From an uncultured Actinomycetes bacterium (GTDB taxonomy: Bacteria > Actinomycetota > Thermoleophilia > Gaiellales > JAICJC01), in assembly GCA_963809325.1 (NCBI GenBank), contig CAWEIZ010000008.1:126165-190164 (forward strand): a stretch of 64,000 nucleotides of DNA. Direction: 5' to 3'. The notes under the pieces were generated by a model that worked only from the letters and a program-made list of their open reading frames with translations, ran no database searches and was not told where the DNA came from. The translations under genes were made by a program, and so were the position numbers. This document shows, one piece after another, positions 30,913 to 43,024 of this stretch; the stretch's first letter is position 1; the number at the start of each line of letters is the position of its first letter.

Positions 30913-31385
30913 GAGTCGAGAATACGGCGCGCGGCGCGCTCGTGCAACCACGATCTGACGCCGTCGACCTGCCACGCAAGCGGCTTGAAGGCTGGCCGGA
31001 TCGAGACGGCGCGGGCGTGCGCCGCCTCCACCGACGAGCCGTCCAACGCGGCCAGAAGCGCTATAGCAACGGCCGCGGAGCGCTCCCGCCCGCCGCGGCA
31101 GTGGACGTAGACAACGCCCTCCCCGGCGACCTCGACGGCTTCCTCCAGCACTGCAGCGGGCACCGTTGCGCCGTCGATCACCGGAAGCCGGTGCTCCGTG
31201 ATGCCCACGCGGGCGCAGGCGCCGGCGACCACGGCCCGCTCGCCGTCCCAGTACTCCCGGTCCTCGCACAGGTTGATCACGGCGGTCACGCCCTCCGCCT
31301 TCAGGGCGTCGATGTGGCGCTCGGATACGGGCATGCGGCCCGCGAGGAGTGTGTCGTCGAGACGCGTGTAGTCGAGCCGGCCCAC
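30909..31385 (-). CDS. Dual-specificity protein phosphatase
   Basis: VHCRGGRERS (HCx5R). Confidence 0.85.
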   Translation of the reverse strand: MGRLDYTRLDDTLLAGRMPVSERHIDALKAEGVTAVINLCEDREYWDGERAVVAGACARVGITEHRLPVIDGATVPAAVLEEAVEVAGEGVVYVHCRGGRERSAAVAIALLAALDGSSVEAAHARAVSIRPAFKPLAWQVDGVRSWLHERAARRILDS

Positions 31386-31639
31386 GGGGCCCAGCGTAGC
31401 CGGTCCCGGTGCTACCCGCGGATGTCGTCAGCGAGGCGCGCGGCGGCCTCGGCGGCGGCGTCGACCTGGCCGCGGAAGCGCTGCTCGAGCTGGCGCGAGA
31501 GCTCCCGGTCGCGCCGGCGCTGCCTGATCCTCTTCAGCAGTCTGCCCATGCAATGGAGGATGCACCAGGACCTGTCAAAAGTCCAGCGTTTGCAGGTGAA
31601 AATGTGGACCGCCTGCGGTGACGATCTAGACTCGCCGGG

Positions 31640-32452
31640 ATGTCGACCGACGCCCTCCTCGAGCTGGCCGTGAATGCGGCGCACACGGCCGGCGAGCTCC
31701 TGCTCGGTCGCTTCGGCGGGCCGCAGAGCGGAGTCGATGCCAAGAGCAGCGCCACCGACATGGTCTCGGACGCGGATCGCGATGCCGAGCGGCTGCTCCT
31801 CGACGCCATCACCTCGGCCCGTCCCGACGACGGCCTCATCGCCGAGGAGAGCGGGCACCGGCCCGGCACGACCGGTCTCGTGTGGGTGATCGACCCGCTC
31901 GACGGCACGACCAACTACCTCTACGGGATCCCGGCCTGGTCGGTCTCGGTGGCGTGCCGCGACACGGAGGGCGGCCTTGTGGCGGTCGTCCATGACCCCT
32001 CGCAGGCGGAGACCTTCACGGCGGTCCACGGCTCGGGCACCCTCCTGAACGGCGCACCGGTGCGGACGACGGAGCTCGCCGACCTCGCCCGAGCCCTCGT
32101 CGGCACGGGATTCGGCTACACGCCGCAGCGGCGCGCGCTTCAGGCTGCCGCGCTCGCGAATCTGATCCCGCAGGTCCGCGACGTGCGCCGGGCCGGGTCC
32201 GCGGCGATCGACCTCGCCTGGGTTGCGTGCGGCCGGCTGGACGGCTTCTACGAGGCCGGGATTCGCGACTGGGATCGGGCCGCCGGCCTCCTGCTCGTCG
32301 CCGAGGCGGGGGGCGTGACGGGCATCCTCGATCCGGGGCTCGACGGCGCCGACTGCGTCGTCGCAGCCGGCCCGAGCCTGTACGATCCGCTGTGCGCCCT
32401 GGTGCGATCGGGCCTCCAGGCGGCACGCGCCGAGGCCGATCGGCTACACTGA
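31640..32452 (+). CDS. Inositol monophosphatase family protein
   Basis: WVIDPLDGTTNY, GSAAIDL, WD.AAG. Confidence 0.9.
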   Translation: MSTDALLELAVNAAHTAGELLLGRFGGPQSGVDAKSSATDMVSDADRDAERLLLDAITSARPDDGLIAEESGHRPGTTGLVWVIDPLDGTTNYLYGIPAWSVSVACRDTEGGLVAVVHDPSQAETFTAVHGSGTLLNGAPVRTTELADLARALVGTGFGYTPQRRALQAAALANLIPQVRDVRRAGSAAIDLAWVACGRLDGFYEAGIRDWDRAAGLLLVAEAGGVTGILDPGLDGADCVVAAGPSLYDPLCALVRSGLQAARAEADRLH

Positions 32453-32504
32453 CCTCGACCGTCGGTGTCGCCCCACGGCGCCCGCACACCCGACGGCAGG
32501 ACCC

Positions 32505-35500
32505 ATGACAGTTCGCTTCGAGGCCGACCCCGAAGCGGCCGCCCACCGCGCTGAGGCGTGGTGCGGGGAGCCGCTACTCCATGAAGGCGAGGACCCTGCG
32601 GTCGCGCTTGCCGAAGGCACGGTCCGGCGCGCCGCGCTCGACGCCGCCCTCGCGGAGATGGACCGCGGCCTGCTCGAGCCGAGCTACGAGTGGAAGCGCG
32701 ACTACGCGCTCGTGCTCGGCCTCGACCGCGTCCTCAACGACCCCCAGCCGAAGCTGGCCTCCGGGACGACGCTGCGCCGGCACCAGGTCGACGCTCTGGC
32801 CGGCCAGCTCGCCGCCCTGATCGGCGACCTGGAGCGCCGGGCGCTCCACGAGGACGACGACGAGAACGGCAACGGGAACGGCGAGATCGACGACGCCGAG
32901 GTCGAGGAGGACGACGACGAGACCGGCGAGTACGACCCGGACGACGACGACGAGGACGAGGACGTCGAGGACGAAGAGGAAGACGAGGACGAAGAAGAAG
33001 AAGACGACGAGGATGACGAAGACGAGGACGAGGACGTCGAGGACGACGAGGACTACGCCGGGGACTGGCGCGATCCGGCCGTCGCAGCGGTCGAGCTCGA
33101 CGACGACGACGTCTCCGTCGAGGAGCCGGCGCTGCCCGACGCCGGCGCCGGGCGCCGCTACCGGTTCAAGCACCCCACCGCCTCGGGCAAGACCATCGCC
33201 GCGGCCGGGTTCGTCGAGGCGGCGCGCACCACCGGCGTCCTGATCCTGACCCACCGGCGGCTGCTCGTGAACCAGTTCACGCGCGACCTGACCCACGAGG
33301 GCTACGGCGATCGTCTCCACGAGCCGGTGCAGACCGGCCAGCCGACCCCGCGCACCTCGCCGCTCACGATCAACACGTACGCCTGGTTCATCAAGCACGC
33401 CGACCAGATCAAGCGCGACGTCTACGGCGTCGTCGTCTGCGACGAGGCCCATACCGCTCTCGGCGAGAAGACGGCGGCGGCCATCCGGCGGTTCTCGGAG
33501 CCCGTGTACATCGGGATGACCGCGACGGACCAGCTCCTCCAGAAGCACGTCGGCGACGTGTTCCCGGCCGAGGTCGCCGACTTCCCGCTCGCCGAGGCCG
33601 TGCGCCGGGGCGTGGTGGCGCCGCTTCGGTGCGTGCGGGTGAAGCCGATCGCGTCGCTCCGGCAGGTCGACATCGTCGGCGGCGACTTCGACCAGGGCCA
33701 GCTGGCCGCAGCTCTCGACATCGATCCGCTCAACCTCGCGGCCGCCGACCTCTACCAGAGCCGTTTCGGCGACACGCCGGGCATCGTCTACGCCGCCGGC
33801 GTCGACCACGCCGAGCGGGTCGCGGCGGCGATGCGCGCGATCGGCCTCGCGGCCGCGGCCGTCTCCGGCCGCACGCCGCCGCGCGAGCTGGCCGAGACGC
33901 TGGCCGCGTACGAGCGCGGCGAGACGAACGTCCTCGTGAACGCGCAGATCCTCGCGGAGGGGTGGAACGCCCCGCGGGCAACGGTGTGCATGCACCTCGC
34001 GCCGACGGCGAGCCGGCGGGTCTATCAGCAGCGGGTCGGCCGGATCATGCGCCTGCACCGGCGCAAGGAGGCGGGCGTCGTCGTCGACTTCGCCGAGGTC
34101 GGCGCGCCGCACTCCGAGCGGGTCGTGACGCTGCACTCGCTGCTCGACGTCGACGCCTACCGGCCGGGCGGCCTCGTCACGCCGCCGCCGCCGCGCCGCC
34201 GCCGCGGCCGCCGTAAGCCCGCGCGGCCGATCGTGAAGGAGGCCAACTGGATCGTCCCGGTGTCGGACGACCCCGAGCGCCGGATCGCTGTCATCGCGAG
34301 CCAGTGGAAGCACGTCGACGCGTCGAAGCTGCCGCTCGACGAACAGCGCGCATGGGCCACGGTCGCGGCCCGCCAGCTCGCACCCGGCGACGTGCACACG
34401 CTGACCGAGCGGATCGTCGCGCTCCAGCCCGAGGCCCGAGAGCTCTTCTTCTTCACGTGCGCGGCCGAGAACAAGCACCGCAAGCTCCGCCTCTCGAGCC
34501 TCGGCGATCTCGCCGCGTCGGGCCCCAGCCAGACGACCTTCGCCATGGCCTGCCGGCTCGTCGAGGCCGCGCCGACGTGGCAGCAGGATCGCGGCCAGGG
34601 GGCCCGCGTGCTCCTCCTTGCGATGGGCGACGGCAAGATCGAGGCCCCGCCCGACCGGATCGTCGCGTGGACGTGGCAGCTCGCCCGCGCCGCCCGCGAC
34701 CACGAGTACCGCTATGCCGGAAGCCACATCCAGGACGGCCGGAGCCTCCTCGGCGCCCTGGCGGGCGCGAAGTCCGACGCCGAGCACAGTGAGGCCTGCC
34801 TGCGGCTCGCCGCGGTGGCCCGGGACGCGCCGCTCGAGGCGGGCGCCGCGCTTCTGGCCGTTGCGGCCCCACGGCGGGGGACGCAGGGCGAGCGGCTGGT
34901 CGAGTCGGCCCGGCGCACGCTGTCGGAGGACCCGATCCGGCTGGCGGCGGCGCTTGGCTCCAACATCCCCGCCCCGGCGCAGCGCTCGAAGCAGGCGCGA
35001 AAGACGAAGCGCAAGGCCGAGAAGGCGGCCGAGACGGTGTCGTTCAACGGCGCCGTCGTCGGCTCGACGCCCCCGGCGACACCCGTGAAGCGCGTCGACG
35101 GAGTCGTCGAGGTCGAGGTGCTCCCGGCGGTCGCGGTGCGCCTTCGCGACGACGCCGACGATGTGCTCTCGGCGCAGGTCGGGCCCGAGCTTCGCTGGCG
35201 GCTCTCGGGCGACGGCGAGCGCACGTCCGCGACCGCGGTCGAGGTGCGCGCGGCGGCCGCCGAGATCGCACCGCTTGCCGTCTCGGTCGCGAAGCTCCTG
35301 AACGAGCCCGACCGCAGCGAGCGCACCGCGCCGGTTCGCGTCGACGGCGCGGGGCTCGTGCTGCCGCTCGAGATCGACGAGGCGGCGGTGCTCGCAGACG
35401 ACGCGGCCCGGCGCGTGCTCGCGCAGCTCAAGACCGCGGGCGTTCGGGGCCGTGTCCGGGTCGAGTTCGAGCTCCGCGGCGCCGACGGCGAGGTCGTCCG

Positions 35501-35690
35501 CGACTCACGCCCCGGAGCGGTCCGCAAGATCGCCCGCGGCGAGCCGGTGGGAGCGTCGCCCGACCGCCGTGACCGCCGTCGCAGGAGCCGCGGACGGCGC
35601 GGCCGACGGGGCGGTGCGGCGGTGCAGAGCGAGGCTCCGGTCGCAGACGAAGCGGCGGCCTCGGCGTGGCGGCGGCGTCGTAACCCGGCT
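32505..35690 (+). CDS. SF2 DEAD/DEAH (ResIII-like) helicase with long acidic insert; 3' end uncertain
   Basis: PTASGKT, DEAH, MTAT, EGWN, QQRVGR; ORF runs on to 36341 antisense to the next gene, suggesting a terminal frameshift. Confidence 0.8.
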
Positions 35691-36358
35691 CAGGTAGGCG
35701 CCGGGGCCTGCTCGGCCGCGGCCTGGCGCTCCGCCACGAGGCGTTCCACGCCGTCGCGGTCGCCCGCCCGCAGGAGCGCGATCGGGTCGGGCTCCCCGTT
35801 CACGATCGCCTCGAAGAAGTCGCGCCGGTCGGCGAAGGTCGGAAGCGTGGCCTTGGCCCATCCGCGGACGTCGTTCAGGATCGCGGCCAGCTCGGCGTGC
35901 TCGGGGCCGTACAGCTCGCCGATCTCGCGCTTCATCCGCTTGGCGAGCGCCGGGCTCGCGCCGGCCGTGGAGATCGCGATGGCGATCGGGCCGGAGCGGA
36001 CGATGGCGGGGAGGATGAAGCTGCAGAGCGGTGGGACGTCGACCACGTTGCACAGCATCGACCGCCGCTCGGCCTCCTCGAAGACGGCGATGTTGACGTC
36101 GGTGTTCGAGGTGGCGGCGATCGCGAGGAAGTGGCCCTCGAGGTCGCCCGGTGCGAACGGCCGCTCGGTCCACTCGAGGTCGCCCGCCGCTGCGAGCGCG
36201 CGGATCTCGTCGCACGCCTCGGGCGCGATCACGTGGACGTCGGCGTCGCAGGCCAGCAATCCCTCGGCCTTCTCGAGTCCGACATCGCCAGCGCCGACGA
36301 CCAGGCACCGGCGCCCGGTGAGCTTCAGACAGGCGACGTAGAACGTCGTGTCGAGCAT
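35690..36358 (-). CDS. Precorrin-2 dehydrogenase/sirohydrochlorin ferrochelatase (CysG N-terminal like)
   Basis: [28 protein letters not shown]. Confidence 0.9.
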   Translation of the reverse strand: MLDTTFYVACLKLTGRRCLVVGAGDVGLEKAEGLLACDADVHVIAPEACDEIRALAAAGDLEWTERPFAPGDLEGHFLAIAATSNTDVNIAVFEEAERRSMLCNVVDVPPLCSFILPAIVRSGPIAIAISTAGASPALAKRMKREIGELYGPEHAELAAILNDVRGWAKATLPTFADRRDFFEAIVNGEPDPIALLRAGDRDGVERLVAERQAAAEQAPAPT

Positions 36359-36471
36359 GTCGGCGACGCAGCGCTGGTCGCACAGCTCGAGCCGGTGCTG
36401 GCACACGCACGGCTTCCCCCTGTAGGCCTGAGCGGGCATGGCCGGATGGTAGTGGGTAAGATCGTCGCCCC

Positions 36472-36873
36472 ATGCCCTACAGCCGGTCCGAGAACGAGCT
36501 CGTGTCGGCCGTGATGTCGGGGAGCCTGCTCGTTGCGAGCCCCTCGGACTCGCTGGCCGATGCCGCGCACCGGATGGCCGACCGCCGGGTCGGCGCCATC
36601 CTCGTCGTCGAGGGCGACCACCTCGTCGGCATCCTCACGGAGCGCGACGTGCTGCGCGCAGCGGGCCGCGGGAACGTCGAGGGCACGGTGTCGCAGTGGA
36701 TGACGGCCGACCCGGACACCGTCGCGCCCGACGCCACGATCGGCATGTCGGCGGCGATGATGGTGCACGGCGGCTACCGGCACGTCCCGATCGTCGACGG
36801 CGGCAAGCTCGTCGGCATCGTCTCGATCCGCGACCTGCTGACGCTGCCGTCCGAGACGCCGGCGGGCGCGTAG
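36472..36873 (+). CDS. CBS domain pair protein
   Basis: [25 protein letters not shown]. Confidence 0.9.
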   Translation: MPYSRSENELVSAVMSGSLLVASPSDSLADAAHRMADRRVGAILVVEGDHLVGILTERDVLRAAGRGNVEGTVSQWMTADPDTVAPDATIGMSAAMMVHGGYRHVPIVDGGKLVGIVSIRDLLTLPSETPAGA

Positions 36874-36875
36874 CC

Positions 36876-37610
36876 TCAGTCCACGTCGCGCCGCACAGCC
36901 ATGACGGCGCCGGCGACCACCGCCGCGATCGTCCACGCGACGAGGACCGCTGCGGCCGGCAGCGGGTCGAGCAGGTGTGGGTCGCTCTGCCCCATGAGCG
37001 CGTTCTGCGCCTCGCCCGGCGTGAAGCGCCCCTCCGACGGCGCGAGCGCGAAGAGCAGGTTCTCGATGACGAAGCCCCAGGCCAGAAGGCCGATGATCGC
37101 GCCGACCTGGTTTCGGACGACCGCGCCGACTCCGACGCCGATCGCGCCCCAGAGCGCCGCCCCGGCGATGGTGCCGAGCGCGAGGAGGGCGAAATCGCTG
37201 CTGCCGGGAGTGATCTCGATCCCGCGCCCGGAGAGGATCGCGGCACCGACTCCGACGGCGAGCGCCGTCGCGAGCACGCCGAAGACGAGCCCGGCGGCGA
37301 GCGCGGCCGTGGCCTTCGCACCGATCACGCGTTCCCGCCTCGGCGTGAAGAGCAGCGTGGGGCGGATCGTGCCGAACCGGAACTCGCCGGTCACGAGCAG
37401 GATCCCCGCCAGCGCCGAGAAGAGGCCCGAGAAGGCGCCGATGCCGAACATGCCGAGCTGGTCGTCGGAGGTCGAGATCTGGCTGACGCCGGTCAGCGAC
37501 GCGGTCAGGACGACGAACAGGAGGACGAGGGCGATCATCCCCAGGACGAGGCCGATGGTCGTGCGCGTCGAGCGCACCTTGAGGAGCTCGGCCCGAAGCT
37601 GCGCGCTCAT
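36876..37610 (-). CDS. ABC transporter permease
   Basis: GEFRFGTIRPTL, C-terminal RRDV. Confidence 0.85.
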   Translation of the reverse strand: MSAQLRAELLKVRSTRTTIGLVLGMIALVLLFVVLTASLTGVSQISTSDDQLGMFGIGAFSGLFSALAGILLVTGEFRFGTIRPTLLFTPRRERVIGAKATAALAAGLVFGVLATALAVGVGAAILSGRGIEITPGSSDFALLALGTIAGAALWGAIGVGVGAVVRNQVGAIIGLLAWGFVIENLLFALAPSEGRFTPGEAQNALMGQSDPHLLDPLPAAAVLVAWTIAAVVAGAVMAVRRDVD

Positions 37611-38533
37611 GCGCGCTCCTCCGAGGTGAGGTCGAGGAAGACCTCCTCCAGCGAGGAGGCCTCGGGCGCGAGCTCGTGCAGGACGACGCCGGCCGCGGCG
37701 GCGATCTCGCCGACCCGGTCGCTCGTCGTCCCGTGGACGTGCAGGACACCGGCGCCGTCGGTCTGCGCGGCGATGCCCGCCGCCTCGAGGGCCTGCCCGA
37801 GCTCAGGAAGCTGGGGGCTGCGGACGCGCACGCCGCCGCCGAGCCGGGCCGTCAGCTCGGCGAGCGGCGCGGCGATCACGAGCCGCCCGCGGTTGATGAT
37901 GACGACGTTGTCCACCGTCTGGGCGACCTCGGCCAGGACGTGGCTTGAGACGAGCACGGTGCGGCCCTCGCGGGCGAAGCGGCGCAGGAACTCGCGCAGC
38001 CAGCGGACGCCCTCCGGGTCGAGGCCGTTCGCCGGCTCGTCGAGGACGAGGAGCTCCGGGTCGCCGAGGAGGGCGGACGCCAGCCCGAGGCGCTGGCGCA
38101 TGCCCAGCGAGTAGCCCTTCACGCGCCGGCGGGCGGCGCCCTCGAGCTCGACGACCCGCATGACCTCGTCGACCCGGCTGTCGGGGAGCCGCGCAGCCCG
38201 CGACAGCGTGCGCAGATGGTCGCGGCCGGAGCGGCCGGGGTGGAAGTCAGTGGCCTCGAGGACGGCGCCGATCCGAAGCGCGGGGTCGGCCACGTCCGCA
38301 TAGCCGCGGCCGAAGACGAGCGCCCGTCCGCCGGTCGGTGCGGCGAGCCCGAGCAGGACGCGCAGCGTGGTCGTCTTGCCGGCGCCGTTCGGTCCCAGGA
38401 ACCCGGTGATGGTGCCGGGCGCGAGCGAGAACGTCAGCTCGTCGACGGCCGTGATCGACCCGAACCGCTTCGTCAGGCCCTCGATCGAGACGACGGCGCC
38501 CGTCGCGTCGGATGAGGCGGAGGGTGTGGTCAC
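37607..38533 (-). CDS. ABC transporter ATP-binding protein
   Basis: GPNGAGKTT, YSLGMRQR, LDEPANGLD. Confidence 0.9.
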   Translation of the reverse strand: MTTPSASSDATGAVVSIEGLTKRFGSITAVDELTFSLAPGTITGFLGPNGAGKTTTLRVLLGLAAPTGGRALVFGRGYADVADPALRIGAVLEATDFHPGRSGRDHLRTLSRAARLPDSRVDEVMRVVELEGAARRRVKGYSLGMRQRLGLASALLGDPELLVLDEPANGLDPEGVRWLREFLRRFAREGRTVLVSSHVLAEVAQTVDNVVIINRGRLVIAAPLAELTARLGGGVRVRSPQLPELGQALEAAGIAAQTDGAGVLHVHGTTSDRVGEIAAAAGVVLHELAPEASSLEEVFLDLTSEERA

Positions 38534-38595
38534 GGGCGGAAGCATTGCACCGGCGCCGGTCACCCTCGCCATTTCCCGCAGGTAGGCTTGGCGGC

Positions 38596-40227
<1,632 letters not shown>

Positions 40228-40269
40228 CCGGATCTCAACCGCTTCGGCCGGAAGGCCGATGAGTACTGG

Positions 40270-40956
40270 GTGGACGAGGAACGGCGGGAGTTCTTCCGGG
40301 TGATGGTCCGGCTGCCGGTGCGCTGCCTCGCGGTGGCGGCCGACGGCTCGGCAAGCCTCATGATGGTGCGGTCGGTCGATCTTTCGGCCGGCGGCGTCTG
40401 CGTGGTCACCAACCGGCTGCTCGACCCGGGCGACGGGGTGCGGCTCGCGTTCGAGGTGGCCGACGGCACGCCGTTCAAGCTCGAGGGGCACGTCGCCCAC
40501 GCCGAGTGGCTGCGGGATGGGATGCACCGCTACGGCCTCGAGTTCGCCGAGCTCGACCTGGCGACCGAGCAGCGCATGTTCAAGGCGGTGTTCGAGCAGG
40601 AGCAGGTGAACGCGGGCCGCCACGCCCACGTCCGCATGTCGGTCTGGGAGCCGGTGATGTGCCAGCTCGACGGCGAGCCCTCGACCTTCCCGGCGCATGC
40701 GCTCCAGCTCTCGGCCGACGACGTGCAGATCATCACCCGCCGCTCGCTCTCGGTCGGCGAGCGGGTGCGGCTGGCGATGGACGACGCAGGGCTCGGCTTC
40801 CGGATCGACGCCGACGCCGATGTGGCCGAGGTGCTGCGCGACCACCGCGGCTCGCACGTCGCGACGCTCGCGTTCGACGGTCTCGACCGCGTGACGCGAT
40901 CGAGCATCCTGCGCCGCGCGATGGAGCAGGAGCGGCGGGAGCTCGCGGGCGAGTAG
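40270..40956 (+). CDS. Tandem PilZ-domain protein
   Basis: RREFFR (RxxxR) and DLSAGG (DxSxxG); second degenerate repeat. Confidence 0.8.
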   Translation: MDEERREFFRVMVRLPVRCLAVAADGSASLMMVRSVDLSAGGVCVVTNRLLDPGDGVRLAFEVADGTPFKLEGHVAHAEWLRDGMHRYGLEFAELDLATEQRMFKAVFEQEQVNAGRHAHVRMSVWEPVMCQLDGEPSTFPAHALQLSADDVQIITRRSLSVGERVRLAMDDAGLGFRIDADADVAEVLRDHRGSHVATLAFDGLDRVTRSSILRRAMEQERRELAGE

Positions 40957-40973
40957 CGGCTGCAAAGCCGGGG

Positions 40974-41825
40974 TCAGACCGCGTTGTTGCGCTCAGGCCG
41001 AGCGTATTCGACGAGCGAGGCGTGCATCCGAAAACCGAGCGATCCGTAGAGCTCGCACGCCGGTTCCGTGGCGCAGTAGACGACCGCCTGCCGACCGCCT
41101 TCTTCGTAGAGGCGTCTGAGCGCGAAGGTGCAGACGGCTGTGCCCAGCCCGCGCCGGCGGAACTCTGCCCGCACGCCGACAGGTTCGAACTCGGTGACGT
41201 GATGTGCGTCATCAGGCCAGCAGAGGCAGTAAGCGGCGAACCGTCCGTCCGGCGCCTCGATGACGCAGTCGAGCGACTCGCGGTACGGCCACTGGGCGCG
41301 CACCTGTGCGTAGCCCGGCTCCGTGAGTCGTGACGGCGCCCAGACCTCGCAGTGGATCGATACGCGCTCGCGCACATCGTCGGCGCCGACCGTCCGGTAC
41401 CGGAACCCCGTCGGCAGCGGCGGCGGCTCGGGCGGCTCGGGGACGTCCCGCACCAGGTAGTGCATGGGCTCGCCGGGCTGCGTGAAGCCATGGCGCTCGA
41501 GTGCGGACCGCCGCCCGTCGTCGTCGTCGAACGCGAGCGCCGTCTGCGCCGCCGGGTTGGCGAGGATCTCGTCGAGCAGATGCAGGTGGCCGGGATGGAC
41601 GTCGTGCTCGAGCCGGTCGTTGCCGTCGCGCTGGAGCCACGACCACGCAACGAGGCGACCCTCGTCTGTCCACAGGCGGATGTCCCAGTCGTCCTCGCGG
41701 CCCTCGCGCTGGCGCAGGTTCCACGCGAGGTCGCCGACGTGCCACTGCGCGCGAGCGCCGAGCAGCGCCCGCTGCTCGAGCGCGAGCCGCTGCATCGCCG
41801 TCACGATCTCGGGCGTGAGCCGCAC
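40974..41825 (-). CDS. GNAT family acetyltransferase
   Basis: EFEPVGV..FRRRGLG..LYGSLGF. Confidence 0.8.
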   Translation of the reverse strand: MRLTPEIVTAMQRLALEQRALLGARAQWHVGDLAWNLRQREGREDDWDIRLWTDEGRLVAWSWLQRDGNDRLEHDVHPGHLHLLDEILANPAAQTALAFDDDDGRRSALERHGFTQPGEPMHYLVRDVPEPPEPPPLPTGFRYRTVGADDVRERVSIHCEVWAPSRLTEPGYAQVRAQWPYRESLDCVIEAPDGRFAAYCLCWPDDAHHVTEFEPVGVRAEFRRRGLGTAVCTFALRRLYEEGGRQAVVYCATEPACELYGSLGFRMHASLVEYARPERNNAV

Positions 41826-41891
41826 CGGCGGATTATGCGCCGTGAAATTTCGGTGCCTGACCCCAATTTCTCGTCGGGCTAGGCTCCCGGC

Positions 41892-42770
41892 ATGCGTGTC
41901 GCCGTGATCGGGCTCGGGACGATGGGTGCGCCGATGGCGCGGCATCTCATCGAGGCGGGGCACGACGTGACCGTGCACAACCGCACGCGCGAGCGCGAGG
42001 AGCCGCTCGCCGCGCTCGGGGCGGCGCGGGCTGCGTCGCCCGCCGAGGCCGCGCGGGGCGCCGACGCCGTCCTCACCTGCGTCTCGGACACGCCCGACCT
42101 CGAGCACGTGCTGCTCGGGCCCGGCGGAGCCGCCGAGGGCCTCGCGAGCGGCGGGCTCGTCGTCGACTGCTCGACGGTCTCGCCGTCGGCGACCGCCGAC
42201 ATCGCCGCCCGCCTCGCCGACCGCGGTATCGGCATGGTCGACGCACCCGTCTCGGGCGGGTCCGAGGGCGCCGAGAAGGGCACGCTCACCATCTTCTGCG
42301 GCGGCAGCGACCAGGACTTCGCCCGCGCCGGGGAGATCCTGCACGCTTTCGGCAGCCGCATCACGCACCTCGGGCCGAGCGGCGCCGGCCAGATGGCCAA
42401 GGCCGTGAACCAGGTGATGATCGCCGGTACCTACGCCAGCGTGGGGGAGGGGATCGCGCTCGCGCAGGCCGCCGGCCTTCCGATGCCCGAGCTGCTCGAG
42501 GCGCTCTCCGCGGGTGCGGCCGCCTCGTGGGTGCTCTCGAACCGTGCCGGCAACATGGTCGACGACACCTATCCGCTCGGCTTCAAGCTCGCGCTCCATC
42601 GCAAGGACCTCGGCATCGCGCTCGACGAGGCGGCCCGCGAGGGGCTGCCTCTGGCGGTCAGCACCGCTGTCGCTGCGCAGGAGGACGAGCTCGTCGAGGC
42701 CGGCCACGGCGACGAGGACGTGAGCGCGGTCGCCCGCCTGCCCAAGCGAAGCGCGGGGCTCCCGGCATGA
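41892..42770 (+). CDS. NAD(P)-dependent beta-hydroxyacid dehydrogenase
   Basis: IGLGTMG, DAPVSGG, KAVNQ. Confidence 0.9.
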   Translation: MRVAVIGLGTMGAPMARHLIEAGHDVTVHNRTREREEPLAALGAARAASPAEAARGADAVLTCVSDTPDLEHVLLGPGGAAEGLASGGLVVDCSTVSPSATADIAARLADRGIGMVDAPVSGGSEGAEKGTLTIFCGGSDQDFARAGEILHAFGSRITHLGPSGAGQMAKAVNQVMIAGTYASVGEGIALAQAAGLPMPELLEALSAGAAASWVLSNRAGNMVDDTYPLGFKLALHRKDLGIALDEAAREGLPLAVSTAVAAQEDELVEAGHGDEDVSAVARLPKRSAGLPA

Positions 42771-42991
42771 CGCTCGTCATGTACATGAAGCCCGGCTGCC
42801 CCTGGTGCGAGGAGCAGCGCGAGCGGTTCCGCTCGCAGGGGGTCGAGTGGGAGGAGATCGACGCGCAGGCCGACCCGGCCGCGCGCGCCGACCTGATCCG
42901 CTTCACCGACGGGACGCGCACCGTGCCGACCGTGGTCGAGGACGGGCAGGTCATCTCCGTCGGCTTCGACGGCCACGGTTGACACGCCTGA
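42767..42991 (+). CDS. Glutaredoxin-like UXX-star selenoprotein (UGA 42980 read as Sec)
   Basis: CPWC, TVP; C-terminus GGT TGA CAC GCC TGA = G-U-H-A-stop followed by a hairpin. Confidence 0.75.
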
Positions 42992-43024
42992 GCCCGCCGG
43001 TCAGGCGGGCGCGGATCCGGTCAT

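Noticed and set aside
35690-36341. C-terminal 200 aa of the 1278-aa helicase ORF
   Set aside because: It is antisense to a clear siroheme-synthesis gene; likely read-through from an indel.
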